A stretch of 24,986 nt of DNA, taken from positions 1 to 24,986 of IMG/VR virus record IMGVR_UViG_3300020470_000195; one strand, 5' to 3'. Source of the stretch: a virus. Lineage: Duplodnaviria; Caudoviricetes. This document shows positions 16,033 to 23,480 of the stretch, in pieces. Numbering within the stretch: the stretch's first letter is position 1; each line of letters begins with the position of its first letter. The translations under genes were made by a program, and so were the position numbers. The notes below the pieces were generated by a model that ran no database searches, was not told the DNA's origin, and was given only the letters and a program-made list of their open reading frames with translations.

Positions 16033-16911
16033 CTATGCTGTGTTATAAGTTATTACGCTTGAAAGCGAGGTTGGGTTTTGTGTCATTCTCCAATCATACC
16101 CTTCAGAAAATACCTCTGATGGCTGAATTCGATTCGTAAATGAGCAATTACTTATATTAAAATCTACGCCATAAAAAGGTGTTACTGAACCTGCTTTTAT
16201 TCTTACGCTAGTATTCCTACTCCACGTAAGTAAATCGGTTGATCCTTGTTCTAAATACTTTGATATTGACCCTGATAGTACTCTAGTTCCTACTGTAAAG
16301 TCTGTAGGGTACATAGAATTTGTATTATCAGTTGCCTCTAATCCCCCTTGTATAGTGGTATGTTGATTCCACTGGATATCATTTTCTAACTCTACTGAAA
16401 TGCTTACAGGAGCTATATCTGTGCTACCAATAGTGCACTGAGTGATACGGGCTAAGTTGTAGGTACTGGTAGTAATACTGGTGTTCTGTGCAACACCTGG
16501 TATTGTTCCAGTAAATTTTGACAGCTTAGATGCTTCGCCTTCTACCGTTAAACTCAGGGGTTTAGATTTATTAATCTCGAACGACCCATTTGTAATAACG
16601 CCCTTTTCCAGCTTAAAGTCATCTTGCGGAGTAGATATGTATAAATCAAAAGTTGCATAATCAAGTAATCTTTCAAATACAATTTTATTTCTTACTTCTT
16701 GTAATAACGGAACAGTGAATGAAAAAGTTGCAGGCTGTGCTTTATTTATTATAGAACCTTCAAAACTAGCTTGGTTATGTAATGTTTTTACAGCATACGA
16801 CGTTTCTGTGAACACTTGACCGAAAGTAATTTCACTTATATCTAGCTTATACTGCTTGCTACTATGCACAAGATATAAACTAGCTTCTCTTTTATAAGTA
16901 AATTCTGCCAT
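16033..16911 (-). CDS. Baseplate tube / minor tail protein (T5 p140-like), 292 aa
   Basis: Immediately downstream of the major tail gene, similar size to T5 p140. Tail-tube-like beta pattern (ITFGQVFTETSYAVKTLH; ATFSFTVPL; RVLSGSISKYL). Confidence 0.82.
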   Translation of the reverse strand: MAEFTYKREASLYLVHSSKQYKLDISEITFGQVFTETSYAVKTLHNQASFEGSIINKAQPATFSFTVPLLQEVRNKIVFERLLDYATFDLYISTPQDDFKLEKGVITNGSFEINKSKPLSLTVEGEASKLSKFTGTIPGVAQNTSITTSTYNLARITQCTIGSTDIAPVSISVELENDIQWNQHTTIQGGLEATDNTNSMYPTDFTVGTRVLSGSISKYLEQGSTDLLTWSRNTSVRIKAGSVTPFYGVDFNISNCSFTNRIQPSEVFSEGYDWRMTQNPTSLSSVITYNTA

Positions 16912-16932
16912 GTCATTCCGTTTTATATGATA

Positions 16933-16952
16933 AGGGGCTCCAAAGAGCCCCT
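16933..16952. other. GC-rich hairpin (8 bp stem, 4 nt loop); possible weak terminator or mRNA stabiliser
   Basis: AGGGGCTC-caaa-GAGCCCCT perfect inverted repeat in the intergenic region. No good U-tract in the coding direction. Confidence 0.6.
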
Positions 16953-16960
16953 CTCTTTAC

Positions 16961-17008
16961 CCTATATATTATATTTCAAAACACCAACAATGTCAAGAAT
17001 TATTTTTA
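16961..17008 (-). promoter_or_regulatory. Perfect-consensus sigma70 promoter upstream of the baseplate tube/chaperone/TMP genes
   Basis: Minus strand AAAAATAATTC-TTGACA(16996-16991)-17 nt-TATAAT(16973-16968). Confidence 0.9.
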
Positions 17009-17013
17009 AGGGG

Positions 17014-18636
17014 TTATACACCGATGTACTTGAGTGTTACTTCATCAGCTTCACTTACACCTGTACCCAATCCATGGAAGTTAGTTTCCAAAGAAATTAC
17101 GTCCTCAATAGAGTGACTTGGGATCTCTAAGTGAGCGGTAGGCAACGAAATTTCAAAACGAGGCTTCGTAGTATCAGTACCACCAACTTGTAAGGTAATT
17201 GCAAACTTATTAATAACAGTGTTAACATCCGAAACTAAGTCCGCAAACAAGTCACGACTTCTATTGGTTGCCGCATCCGAACTTGCTAAGTAGCAAGTGG
17301 CACTACCAGTAACTGTTCTAGTTCCTGTTACGTGTTCTATCGGCTGGTTAACCTTTCCAAGTTCTTCCGGAGTTAGATAAGAAATATTGTTACTAATTGT
17401 AACATTTCCACCAGTTAACGCAACGGAATAACTAGTTTCATACGAGTCAGAGTTACCTGCCGCATTTGTAAAATTTGTTGTACTTTGGAAAGTACTTTCT
17501 GGTGCCAATGTTAGCTGAGTTAGTCGGTTACGGATAAAGTTTCCAGTATCAGTAGTTCCTTCATCTATAGCTGCATACCAACTGGCTGCTGCATTTGCTG
17601 TGGCTGTTGACATATAAAACTTATCATTGTCATCAGTATCAATCCAAATTGCTCCTTCTGCACTTGGGTTTGGATAAGTTGTTGCCGCAGTATACTGTCC
17701 AGCGCCTAGACCTGTGGGTACTTCCTTAATTTGACCCGCCATTCCTGACCAGTTAATAGAAGCAATACCATCTATATCAAAATCAATAGATGCCTCATTA
17801 ACAACAGCATTCTCTAACTTATAGAGCAATCGGCCTGCACTTCTATCACTAAACACATAGTATAGATCAAAGGTACCTAGAGCTGCACGACTAGAGTCGT
17901 AAAAGTTAATATCGAGATCTGTTGTATCTGAAGTCATACTTTCAGAAGTTACAGTAAGAACTAAGTTATCGTCGTTAGCGCCTCCACCAATAAGCTCACT
18001 ATCAACAGTGATTGTATTACCAGTATCAAACTGAGTTCCACGCTCGGAAATAGTTACGGTTGCAGCACCACTACCATTAACAACTATCGAAAGTACCGCA
18101 TTGGTTCCATCAGTATTACTACCTGAACCTGCAGCTACAGTACATCCCGTACTACTTCCAGAAGCAGCAGTTGGTACAGCAACTGTATAAGTATCTGCAG
18201 TTCTATCACTATCAGTTCCACCACTAGTGACTGCTAGTGAGGTGATTGCTCCACCGGTTGACCCATGTTTAAACTTACCAGTACTGGGTACATAAACGTT
18301 TTTACCCGCCATTGCTACCCAAAGGGCTTCTTCAACTGCGTGTTGATGGTTGGCAGTACTGTCTGCTTTTCCATTAGTATTGCTTTTTGAACCTGTTGAT
18401 TTAAAAGGTCTTACGTATGTACTGAAAGACCATTCGGCAGCAGATAGAGAGTCAGTAAACATTTTACGACCTCTACGAGATCTACCGGATGCATCTTCCA
18501 TCTCGTTCAACGTTATCTCGGAAGCATTCGTTGCTTGAGAAAAGCTAAAGCCATCAAGCACAGGAATAGACCAGAGATATCCGTCTTTCGCCATGTAGAG
18601 TCGCGAATCTCTACTAAAATGTAAATATTCTGCCAT
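17014..18636 (-). CDS. Major tail tube protein (T5 pb6-like) with internal insertions, 540 aa
   Basis: WSIPVLDGFSFSQAT...ITLNE, AEWSFSTYVRP, VNEASIDFDIDGIASINWSG, FIRNRLT, LTGGNVTISNNISYLTPEELG...GTRTVTGS and HLEIPS motifs are pb6-like. Strong AGGAG RBS. Confidence 0.92.
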   Translation of the reverse strand: MAEYLHFSRDSRLYMAKDGYLWSIPVLDGFSFSQATNASEITLNEMEDASGRSRRGRKMFTDSLSAAEWSFSTYVRPFKSTGSKSNTNGKADSTANHQHAVEEALWVAMAGKNVYVPSTGKFKHGSTGGAITSLAVTSGGTDSDRTADTYTVAVPTAASGSSTGCTVAAGSGSNTDGTNAVLSIVVNGSGAATVTISERGTQFDTGNTITVDSELIGGGANDDNLVLTVTSESMTSDTTDLDINFYDSSRAALGTFDLYYVFSDRSAGRLLYKLENAVVNEASIDFDIDGIASINWSGMAGQIKEVPTGLGAGQYTAATTYPNPSAEGAIWIDTDDNDKFYMSTATANAAASWYAAIDEGTTDTGNFIRNRLTQLTLAPESTFQSTTNFTNAAGNSDSYETSYSVALTGGNVTISNNISYLTPEELGKVNQPIEHVTGTRTVTGSATCYLASSDAATNRSRDLFADLVSDVNTVINKFAITLQVGGTDTTKPRFEISLPTAHLEIPSHSIEDVISLETNFHGLGTGVSEADEVTLKYIGV

Positions 18637-18697
18637 AGTTTAATCTCCTATGATCTTGAAAAGACTGGTCGTGAACCATTGTTCGTGCCAGAATTTT

Positions 18698-19150
18698 CTA
18701 ATAACGAACTTCTACTAGTACTTCGCCTACTCCTAGAGGTTCGAGTACACCTTCATCAGTATCTATGCTAATGACTGTGATTTGTTGAGTATAATAAACA
18801 ATATTTTGCTTGTCTGTATACTCCAATCTTGAATTATCTTCTATAACTGTTTCGATGTCTTCCATTAGCTGATTTAGTGCCTCCTGGGCGTCCTCATCCT
18901 CTACGTAACATCTAATTGTAATTGTTAAAAATCTATCTCTTACTCCTGCAGTTCTATATTGTCGGGTTTCGTTTCCCGCATTTAGATGAATTGCAGGAAA
19001 TTCATCAATTTCATCCCAAAACTTTAAACGAGGATGAACATTATCCCCCACATCTGTTAAAAAAGCGCCTTGACCATCGATTGTTTTTAATTTAGTAACA
19101 AGAGAGTCTACTATACTCTTTCGTCTAGAAGCATAAGTTCTCGATGTCAT
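18698..19150 (-). CDS. Tail terminator protein (T5 p142-like), 150 aa
   Basis: Directly upstream of the tail tube gene. RLKFWDEIDEFPAIH...ETRQY...IDTDEGVLEPLGVGE motifs. Confidence 0.85.
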   Translation of the reverse strand: MTSRTYASRRKSIVDSLVTKLKTIDGQGAFLTDVGDNVHPRLKFWDEIDEFPAIHLNAGNETRQYRTAGVRDRFLTITIRCYVEDEDAQEALNQLMEDIETVIEDNSRLEYTDKQNIVYYTQQITVISIDTDEGVLEPLGVGEVLVEVRY

Positions 19151-20595
19151 TACTGTCTCCTAGTGTATAATCTTCCTAAACCAAATTGTGATACTATCTC
19201 TCTTATTGACTGATCAATTATAATTCTAGGATCTCTATAAGCGCTTGCGAACCTACTTCCGCTTCCAGTTTCATAAACTTCATAAGGATCTCTTGCATAA
19301 GTATACCCGATACTAGGGTATCCCTGTGCTGTTTGTGAAATATCTGTTGCTCTAACACTAGCTAAAAATCTTCCACTTCTATTTTCCAGTCTAGGATCTA
19401 CCATCTTTTTGCCTACCCTGTCTTGTAGTTGGGCATTGACTAATCCTATTATATTTTGTATGGCAAATTTAGGTTGTTCTCCTCCAGAAGACCCAGATAC
19501 GCCTACGGGCAGTCTTGGATCTGAAAATTTTCCTCGTTTACCTCTTGTAACTGTAGCTCCAGCAAGTTTTTTATTTACTGTCTTTTTTCTTGCCTTAATT
19601 TTAGTATTTTCAGTTACAACTCTTACGTATTTATTTTTCTTATATGCCTTCGCAATATTATTAATAATAGTTTTACGATCTTTTAATAATAAAGAGTCTG
19701 AGCCTTTCAATTCGGAATACATTTCTTTAGGAATACCACCACTAAGCAATTCTTGTAACCGTGTCCGAACAGCATTTAACTTTTCTCGCATTGCCTGGCC
19801 TCTTAAAATATTACCAGTTGCTCCTTCCATCGAGACTTGAAATGTCATAACCCCCGTATTGGGATCTCTCATAAAGTCTAAATCAATTCCTAATTTTTTT
19901 AAATCCGCTATTAAATCTTCTTCAGCTAGACATTTGCGTTTATCGGTTTTCTGACGAACTATCTTTTTATGAGTATCAAAAGCTTCCCTCATTCTGGTTT
20001 CTACCACACCCTGTCCCATAGCATGACCCGAATGCATAGCTAAGCCTTTCATTAGTCTGCCGCCTCGTACATAAGCACCTTCAAAAGCCTCTGAACGAGC
20101 AATACCTCCTTCTCCACCTTTTTTTGCTTTTGCACTTAAATGGCCTCGTACTCCATGAAAGAATGCGCCATAGCCTTTATGGTAAGAACGTTTTATTTTA
20201 TCAAAAACATCTTTCTGACCTTGAGCCCAAGAATTAGGAGGTAATCCAGTTCTAACATCAGTAGTAAATACAAAAGATATTTCACCAGTTGTAGCCTCTT
20301 TAAAATTAGCGGCTATACCACCTTTTTGACCTCCGTTGGCTTTTAGGGTCATATTTAATAATGTAGTTCTTAGAGTATTTGTCATGTCTGGAGCTATTTT
20401 TCTGACATAAGTATCTAATGCGGCGCTTTTTATCTCCTTTTTAGCCATCTCTTGTAAAAACTCTGAGATAAAATTTTCTTCACTATATACAAAAGTATGA
20501 GTACGAAGATTATAAGTGAGTCTTACATCGGCACTAGGAGTTTCTAAGTCCTTACTTACTTTTTCGATAAACGCCATTAATGATTCAGTACTCAT
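19150..20595 (-). CDS. Tail completion / neck protein (T5 p143-like C-terminal domain, long N-terminal region), 481 aa
   Basis: Synteny. Basic protein with C-terminal LENRSGRFLASV...IGYTYARDPYEVYE...RDPRIIIDQSIREI. TAATG coupling on both sides. Confidence 0.75.
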   Translation of the reverse strand: MSTESLMAFIEKVSKDLETPSADVRLTYNLRTHTFVYSEENFISEFLQEMAKKEIKSAALDTYVRKIAPDMTNTLRTTLLNMTLKANGGQKGGIAANFKEATTGEISFVFTTDVRTGLPPNSWAQGQKDVFDKIKRSYHKGYGAFFHGVRGHLSAKAKKGGEGGIARSEAFEGAYVRGGRLMKGLAMHSGHAMGQGVVETRMREAFDTHKKIVRQKTDKRKCLAEEDLIADLKKLGIDLDFMRDPNTGVMTFQVSMEGATGNILRGQAMREKLNAVRTRLQELLSGGIPKEMYSELKGSDSLLLKDRKTIINNIAKAYKKNKYVRVVTENTKIKARKKTVNKKLAGATVTRGKRGKFSDPRLPVGVSGSSGGEQPKFAIQNIIGLVNAQLQDRVGKKMVDPRLENRSGRFLASVRATDISQTAQGYPSIGYTYARDPYEVYETGSGSRFASAYRDPRIIIDQSIREIVSQFGLGRLYTRRQ

Positions 20596-21185
20596 TAAAA
20601 GTTTTTATATAAGTCTAAGACTCTCTTAATGTGGTCTGGAAATGCAACATTATTTGATTGCCCAGAGCTACCTTGGTTCTGTATACTAGCTCCTGCCATA
20701 GTTCGTCGTAATTTATGTTCGTCTTTTAAGTAGTAAGTGATTAAATCAATTACTGCTAGTTTTAAATCTGCCGGAACTGCACTATAGCCGGCGGTATAGA
20801 CGACTTTAACTGCGTCTACTCCTAATGGCCAGTTATCGTATCTTCCGGCTGAGTTAGTACGTAAAATACTATCTGTATTAGTATCTACAGCGTACTCATA
20901 TGCTCCCGTTGTTAGTGTAGTATAGGCATCGCTATACCCTTCTCTTTCTTGTACACTTACAATGGTATTAATAGGGCTCTCAGTTAGCTGCACTATATGA
21001 GTACCCCAATTAATAGTGAAAGTCTCTGTTTTATTTGATGAATAATAGTCAACAAAACTGTTTGCACAATAAGTTTTTATTAATTGACTCACAGAAGGTA
21101 TTAATGCATTAATTCTTAAATCCTCTTTTGGAGAATTTAAGCCTTCTGCATCTTTATAATCTAGTAATGTTATTAAATCTGCCAT
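20595..21185 (-). CDS. Head completion / head-tail adaptor protein (T5 p144-like), 196 aa
   Basis: First gene after the capsid. LITLLDYK...VSQLIKTYC...VKVVYTAGYSAVPADLKLAV...FPDHIKRVLDLY is the gp6/gp15-like adaptor signature. Confidence 0.88.
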   Translation of the reverse strand: MADLITLLDYKDAEGLNSPKEDLRINALIPSVSQLIKTYCANSFVDYYSSNKTETFTINWGTHIVQLTESPINTIVSVQEREGYSDAYTTLTTGAYEYAVDTNTDSILRTNSAGRYDNWPLGVDAVKVVYTAGYSAVPADLKLAVIDLITYYLKDEHKLRRTMAGASIQNQGSSGQSNNVAFPDHIKRVLDLYKNF

Positions 21186-21194
21186 AAATCAACT

Positions 21195-21229
21195 AATAAA
21201 AACTTAGGGGAGGATCCCTCCCCCAGTTT
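21195..21229 (-). terminator. Rho-independent terminator after the capsid gene
   Basis: Minus strand GGGGAGG-gat-CCTCCCC followed by TAAGTTTTTATT. The stem can be extended by AAACT/AGTTT. Confidence 0.75.
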
Positions 21230-21232
21230 CCA

Positions 21233-21252
21233 TGATTACTAGTAAGTAATCA
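21233..21252. other. AT-rich inverted repeat between the capsid stop and the terminator
   Basis: TGATTACT-agta-AGTAATCA, perfect 8-bp arms with a 4-nt spacer. Confidence 0.5.
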
Positions 21253-21262
21253 AAAAGTGCTA

Positions 21263-22669
21263 TTAAGCGTTATCTGCGTATCTCAAGGAACGTGCACCAT
21301 TAGTAGTTTCAAGTGCCTTGAATCCAAGCGCCTGGCTAGCGACCAGAACATTACGCTGCTTACCAACTTCGTAATCAGTCTCAATGGTGACTCCACGTAG
21401 ACGTGGGATAACAAAGCGACCTGTATTAACAACGATAGCTGCAGTACCTTCGTCAGCAGGTGACAGTTCGTTAGAAACAATCACAGGTGAACCAAATACA
21501 GTACCCATCATGCCATTAATGTTGGCTGCGAAATCTGATCCTGCTTTATCAACAGTTCGGAAATCGCCATCTTCTGCAAGAAGATCATAGTATACAGCAA
21601 GGGAAACAACATAAACAAGATCAGCAGGATTAATGCCATACTTGCCCATAGCTTCTCTTCCAGTCTCAAGCATTGATGCTGTAAATGCAGGTGCACCATC
21701 AAGTTGTGCAGTTACAACAGTTGCACCTGACAGAAGACCAGAGCTTTTATCAGTTCCGCCTCCACCCGCGAGTCCAGCAATAACGCCTGAAGTACCATAA
21801 AGGATTGCAGTATCAGTCGCTACGGCATGAGCTCGTGCAAGTGCTGAGGTAATCATTGGAATAAAAGAAACCAAAGATGTCTCATCTACATCGTTATCGA
21901 TATAAGTACCTGCTGCGAGACGCTGAGTGTTTAACACACGGTTTGAAACGTCAAACTGGCCATCAGTTCCGCCTACAGTATCCATACGATCGGCAGTTGT
22001 ATCAACGCTGAACGCTGTACCCCAAGTTGCTCCATTAACATCTGCAACGAAAGGCATAACTGTTGCTCCTGAAGTTACAGGAATCTCACGGAACAAACCA
22101 AGAAGTTTAGTTTCTAGCTTAACTTCCTCTTCGAACTGCTGAGTTACAGTTGTATCAAGGTTGGCTGAAGTAGTTTGACTACCAAAAGCCGTACCTTTTT
22201 CCATGACTTGCTTACCTAGGCTAGTATCCCAACCTTTCTTTGTAATTGCGCCATAGACTTTGGCTTCGAGAGCCTCCCGACCATAAGCTTCTTCAGACTT
22301 GGCAGCAAACTCAAACTTGCGGTTACGCATAGCTTCGAGCTCATCAGCCTTCTCTTTGACTTGGTCTTCATACTTTTTGATAAGCTCATTGATTTCTTCC
22401 GCTTTTGCAGCTTCGAACTCTTTTCGCATATCTTCTGCCAAACGGTCAGTGCCTGACTCTACAGCGGTTACTACCGCTTGCTTGACTTCTTCTTCTTGCT
22501 GGGTCTTAGCTTCTGCTTCCGCAGCTGCCTTTTCCTCAGCCTCTTTCCGCGCTGCTTCATCAGCAGCTTTTTGCTCGGCTTGCTTCATTGCAATTTTAGC
22601 AGCAGTTTCCTCAGCTACCTTTTTAGCAAGAGCTTCCAAGTCAACGGGTTGTTGTGTCTCTTCAGACAT
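21263..22669 (-). CDS. Major capsid protein precursor (468 aa) from the internal in-frame start Met180
   Basis: AAGAGGAG-ATACAA-ATG at 22683-22667, in frame with the long ORF and at the protease/scaffold boundary. Size is close to T5 pb8 (458 aa). Confidence 0.75.
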   Translation of the reverse strand: MSEETQQPVDLEALAKKVAEETAAKIAMKQAEQKAADEAARKEAEEKAAAEAEAKTQQEEEVKQAVVTAVESGTDRLAEDMRKEFEAAKAEEINELIKKYEDQVKEKADELEAMRNRKFEFAAKSEEAYGREALEAKVYGAITKKGWDTSLGKQVMEKGTAFGSQTTSANLDTTVTQQFEEEVKLETKLLGLFREIPVTSGATVMPFVADVNGATWGTAFSVDTTADRMDTVGGTDGQFDVSNRVLNTQRLAAGTYIDNDVDETSLVSFIPMITSALARAHAVATDTAILYGTSGVIAGLAGGGGTDKSSGLLSGATVVTAQLDGAPAFTASMLETGREAMGKYGINPADLVYVVSLAVYYDLLAEDGDFRTVDKAGSDFAANINGMMGTVFGSPVIVSNELSPADEGTAAIVVNTGRFVIPRLRGVTIETDYEVGKQRNVLVASQALGFKALETTNGARSLRYADNA

Positions 22670-23206
22670 TTGTATCTCCTCTTGGACTTGCGCCCCGTCA
22701 CTATTAGTGAAAGTTTTCTTGAAATCTTCATACTCATCCATCGAATCAAAAGATTTCGCCAATGAAAAAGTAGCTGTTTGATTGCAAGGTACTGAAACAA
22801 CCGATACCTCAAACAACTCAGCGTCCTTTATTCTTAATCCGTCGGTTTCCTCTATATAATCAGCATCCTTGACTCGGAAACCAACAGAAAAGGCTCCAAG
22901 GACACCGTCTTTAACTAGTTCAGCTACATCATTAGCTGCCTTACTAATTTTTGCCGTTAACTCAAGACCTTTTTCGGTAGCTTTTACTGTAGTAGCTCTA
23001 CCAATCGGTCTATTGTAATCATGATTGAAAAGAATTATAGGATTCTTCTCGAAATTATTTAACCCGCCTTTAGTCCATGCATCCGCTGAGATAGAATCAC
23101 CCGCGCGATCAAAATCAGCAGTACTAGCCATACCTCGAATTTTAATACTGCCATCATCCTCAGTATGAGACTTAAAAGTAGAAGTTAAATTAAATACTTT
23201 TTCCAT
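21263..23206 (-). CDS. Fused HK97-type prohead protease (aa 1-~179) + scaffold (delta) domain + HK97-fold major capsid protein, 647 aa
   Basis: Protease motifs DRAGD, ILFNHDYNRPIG (His), AFSVGF (Ser), LFEVSVVSVPCN. Then an E/K/A coiled coil, then capsid-like segments (LARAHAVATDTAILYG; MGKYGINP; GTVFGSPVIVS). No stop codon between the parts. Confidence 0.93.
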   Translation of the reverse strand: MEKVFNLTSTFKSHTEDDGSIKIRGMASTADFDRAGDSISADAWTKGGLNNFEKNPIILFNHDYNRPIGRATTVKATEKGLELTAKISKAANDVAELVKDGVLGAFSVGFRVKDADYIEETDGLRIKDAELFEVSVVSVPCNQTATFSLAKSFDSMDEYEDFKKTFTNSDGAQVQEEIQMSEETQQPVDLEALAKKVAEETAAKIAMKQAEQKAADEAARKEAEEKAAAEAEAKTQQEEEVKQAVVTAVESGTDRLAEDMRKEFEAAKAEEINELIKKYEDQVKEKADELEAMRNRKFEFAAKSEEAYGREALEAKVYGAITKKGWDTSLGKQVMEKGTAFGSQTTSANLDTTVTQQFEEEVKLETKLLGLFREIPVTSGATVMPFVADVNGATWGTAFSVDTTADRMDTVGGTDGQFDVSNRVLNTQRLAAGTYIDNDVDETSLVSFIPMITSALARAHAVATDTAILYGTSGVIAGLAGGGGTDKSSGLLSGATVVTAQLDGAPAFTASMLETGREAMGKYGINPADLVYVVSLAVYYDLLAEDGDFRTVDKAGSDFAANINGMMGTVFGSPVIVSNELSPADEGTAAIVVNTGRFVIPRLRGVTIETDYEVGKQRNVLVASQALGFKALETTNGARSLRYADNA

Positions 23207-23480
23207 TCTCTTCTCCTGAGCCTACCTTTTTAACTTTAGGGGCTGCTTTAGCTTTTGGTTTTAAATTCTTAGTTTCTGGGTGCATAGATTTCATATATAC
23301 TATAATACTCTCCCAGGACTCAGACCAAACCTCATCATCCAGATAAGACTCATCAAACCATTTGGTTTTTATCGCCTCTTCCTTACTTATAAGATACCCT
23401 TGTTTAACAGAAATAGCCGCTAAATTTTTTAAGGATAATTGCTTATATTTCTCATGTAAAAGCTTTTTCTTTTTCTTCAT
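23190..23480 (-). CDS. Small basic hypothetical protein (96 aa) at the position of the T5 decoration gene
   Basis: ATGA overlap with the portal stop, GAGG RBS within the portal's poly-Glu codons, overlaps the protease start. Lys-rich ends. Confidence 0.7.
   Translation of the reverse strand: MKKKKKLLHEKYKQLSLKNLAAISVKQGYLISKEEAIKTKWFDESYLDDEVWSESWESIIVYMKSMHPETKNLKPKAKAAPKVKKVGSGEENGKSI

Noticed and set aside
4552-22812. Short alternative-frame minus-strand ORFs (4552-4740, 21283-21480, 21508-21702, 22615-22812)
   Set aside because: About 62-65 aa each, nested in major genes, no recognisable motifs. Expected by chance.
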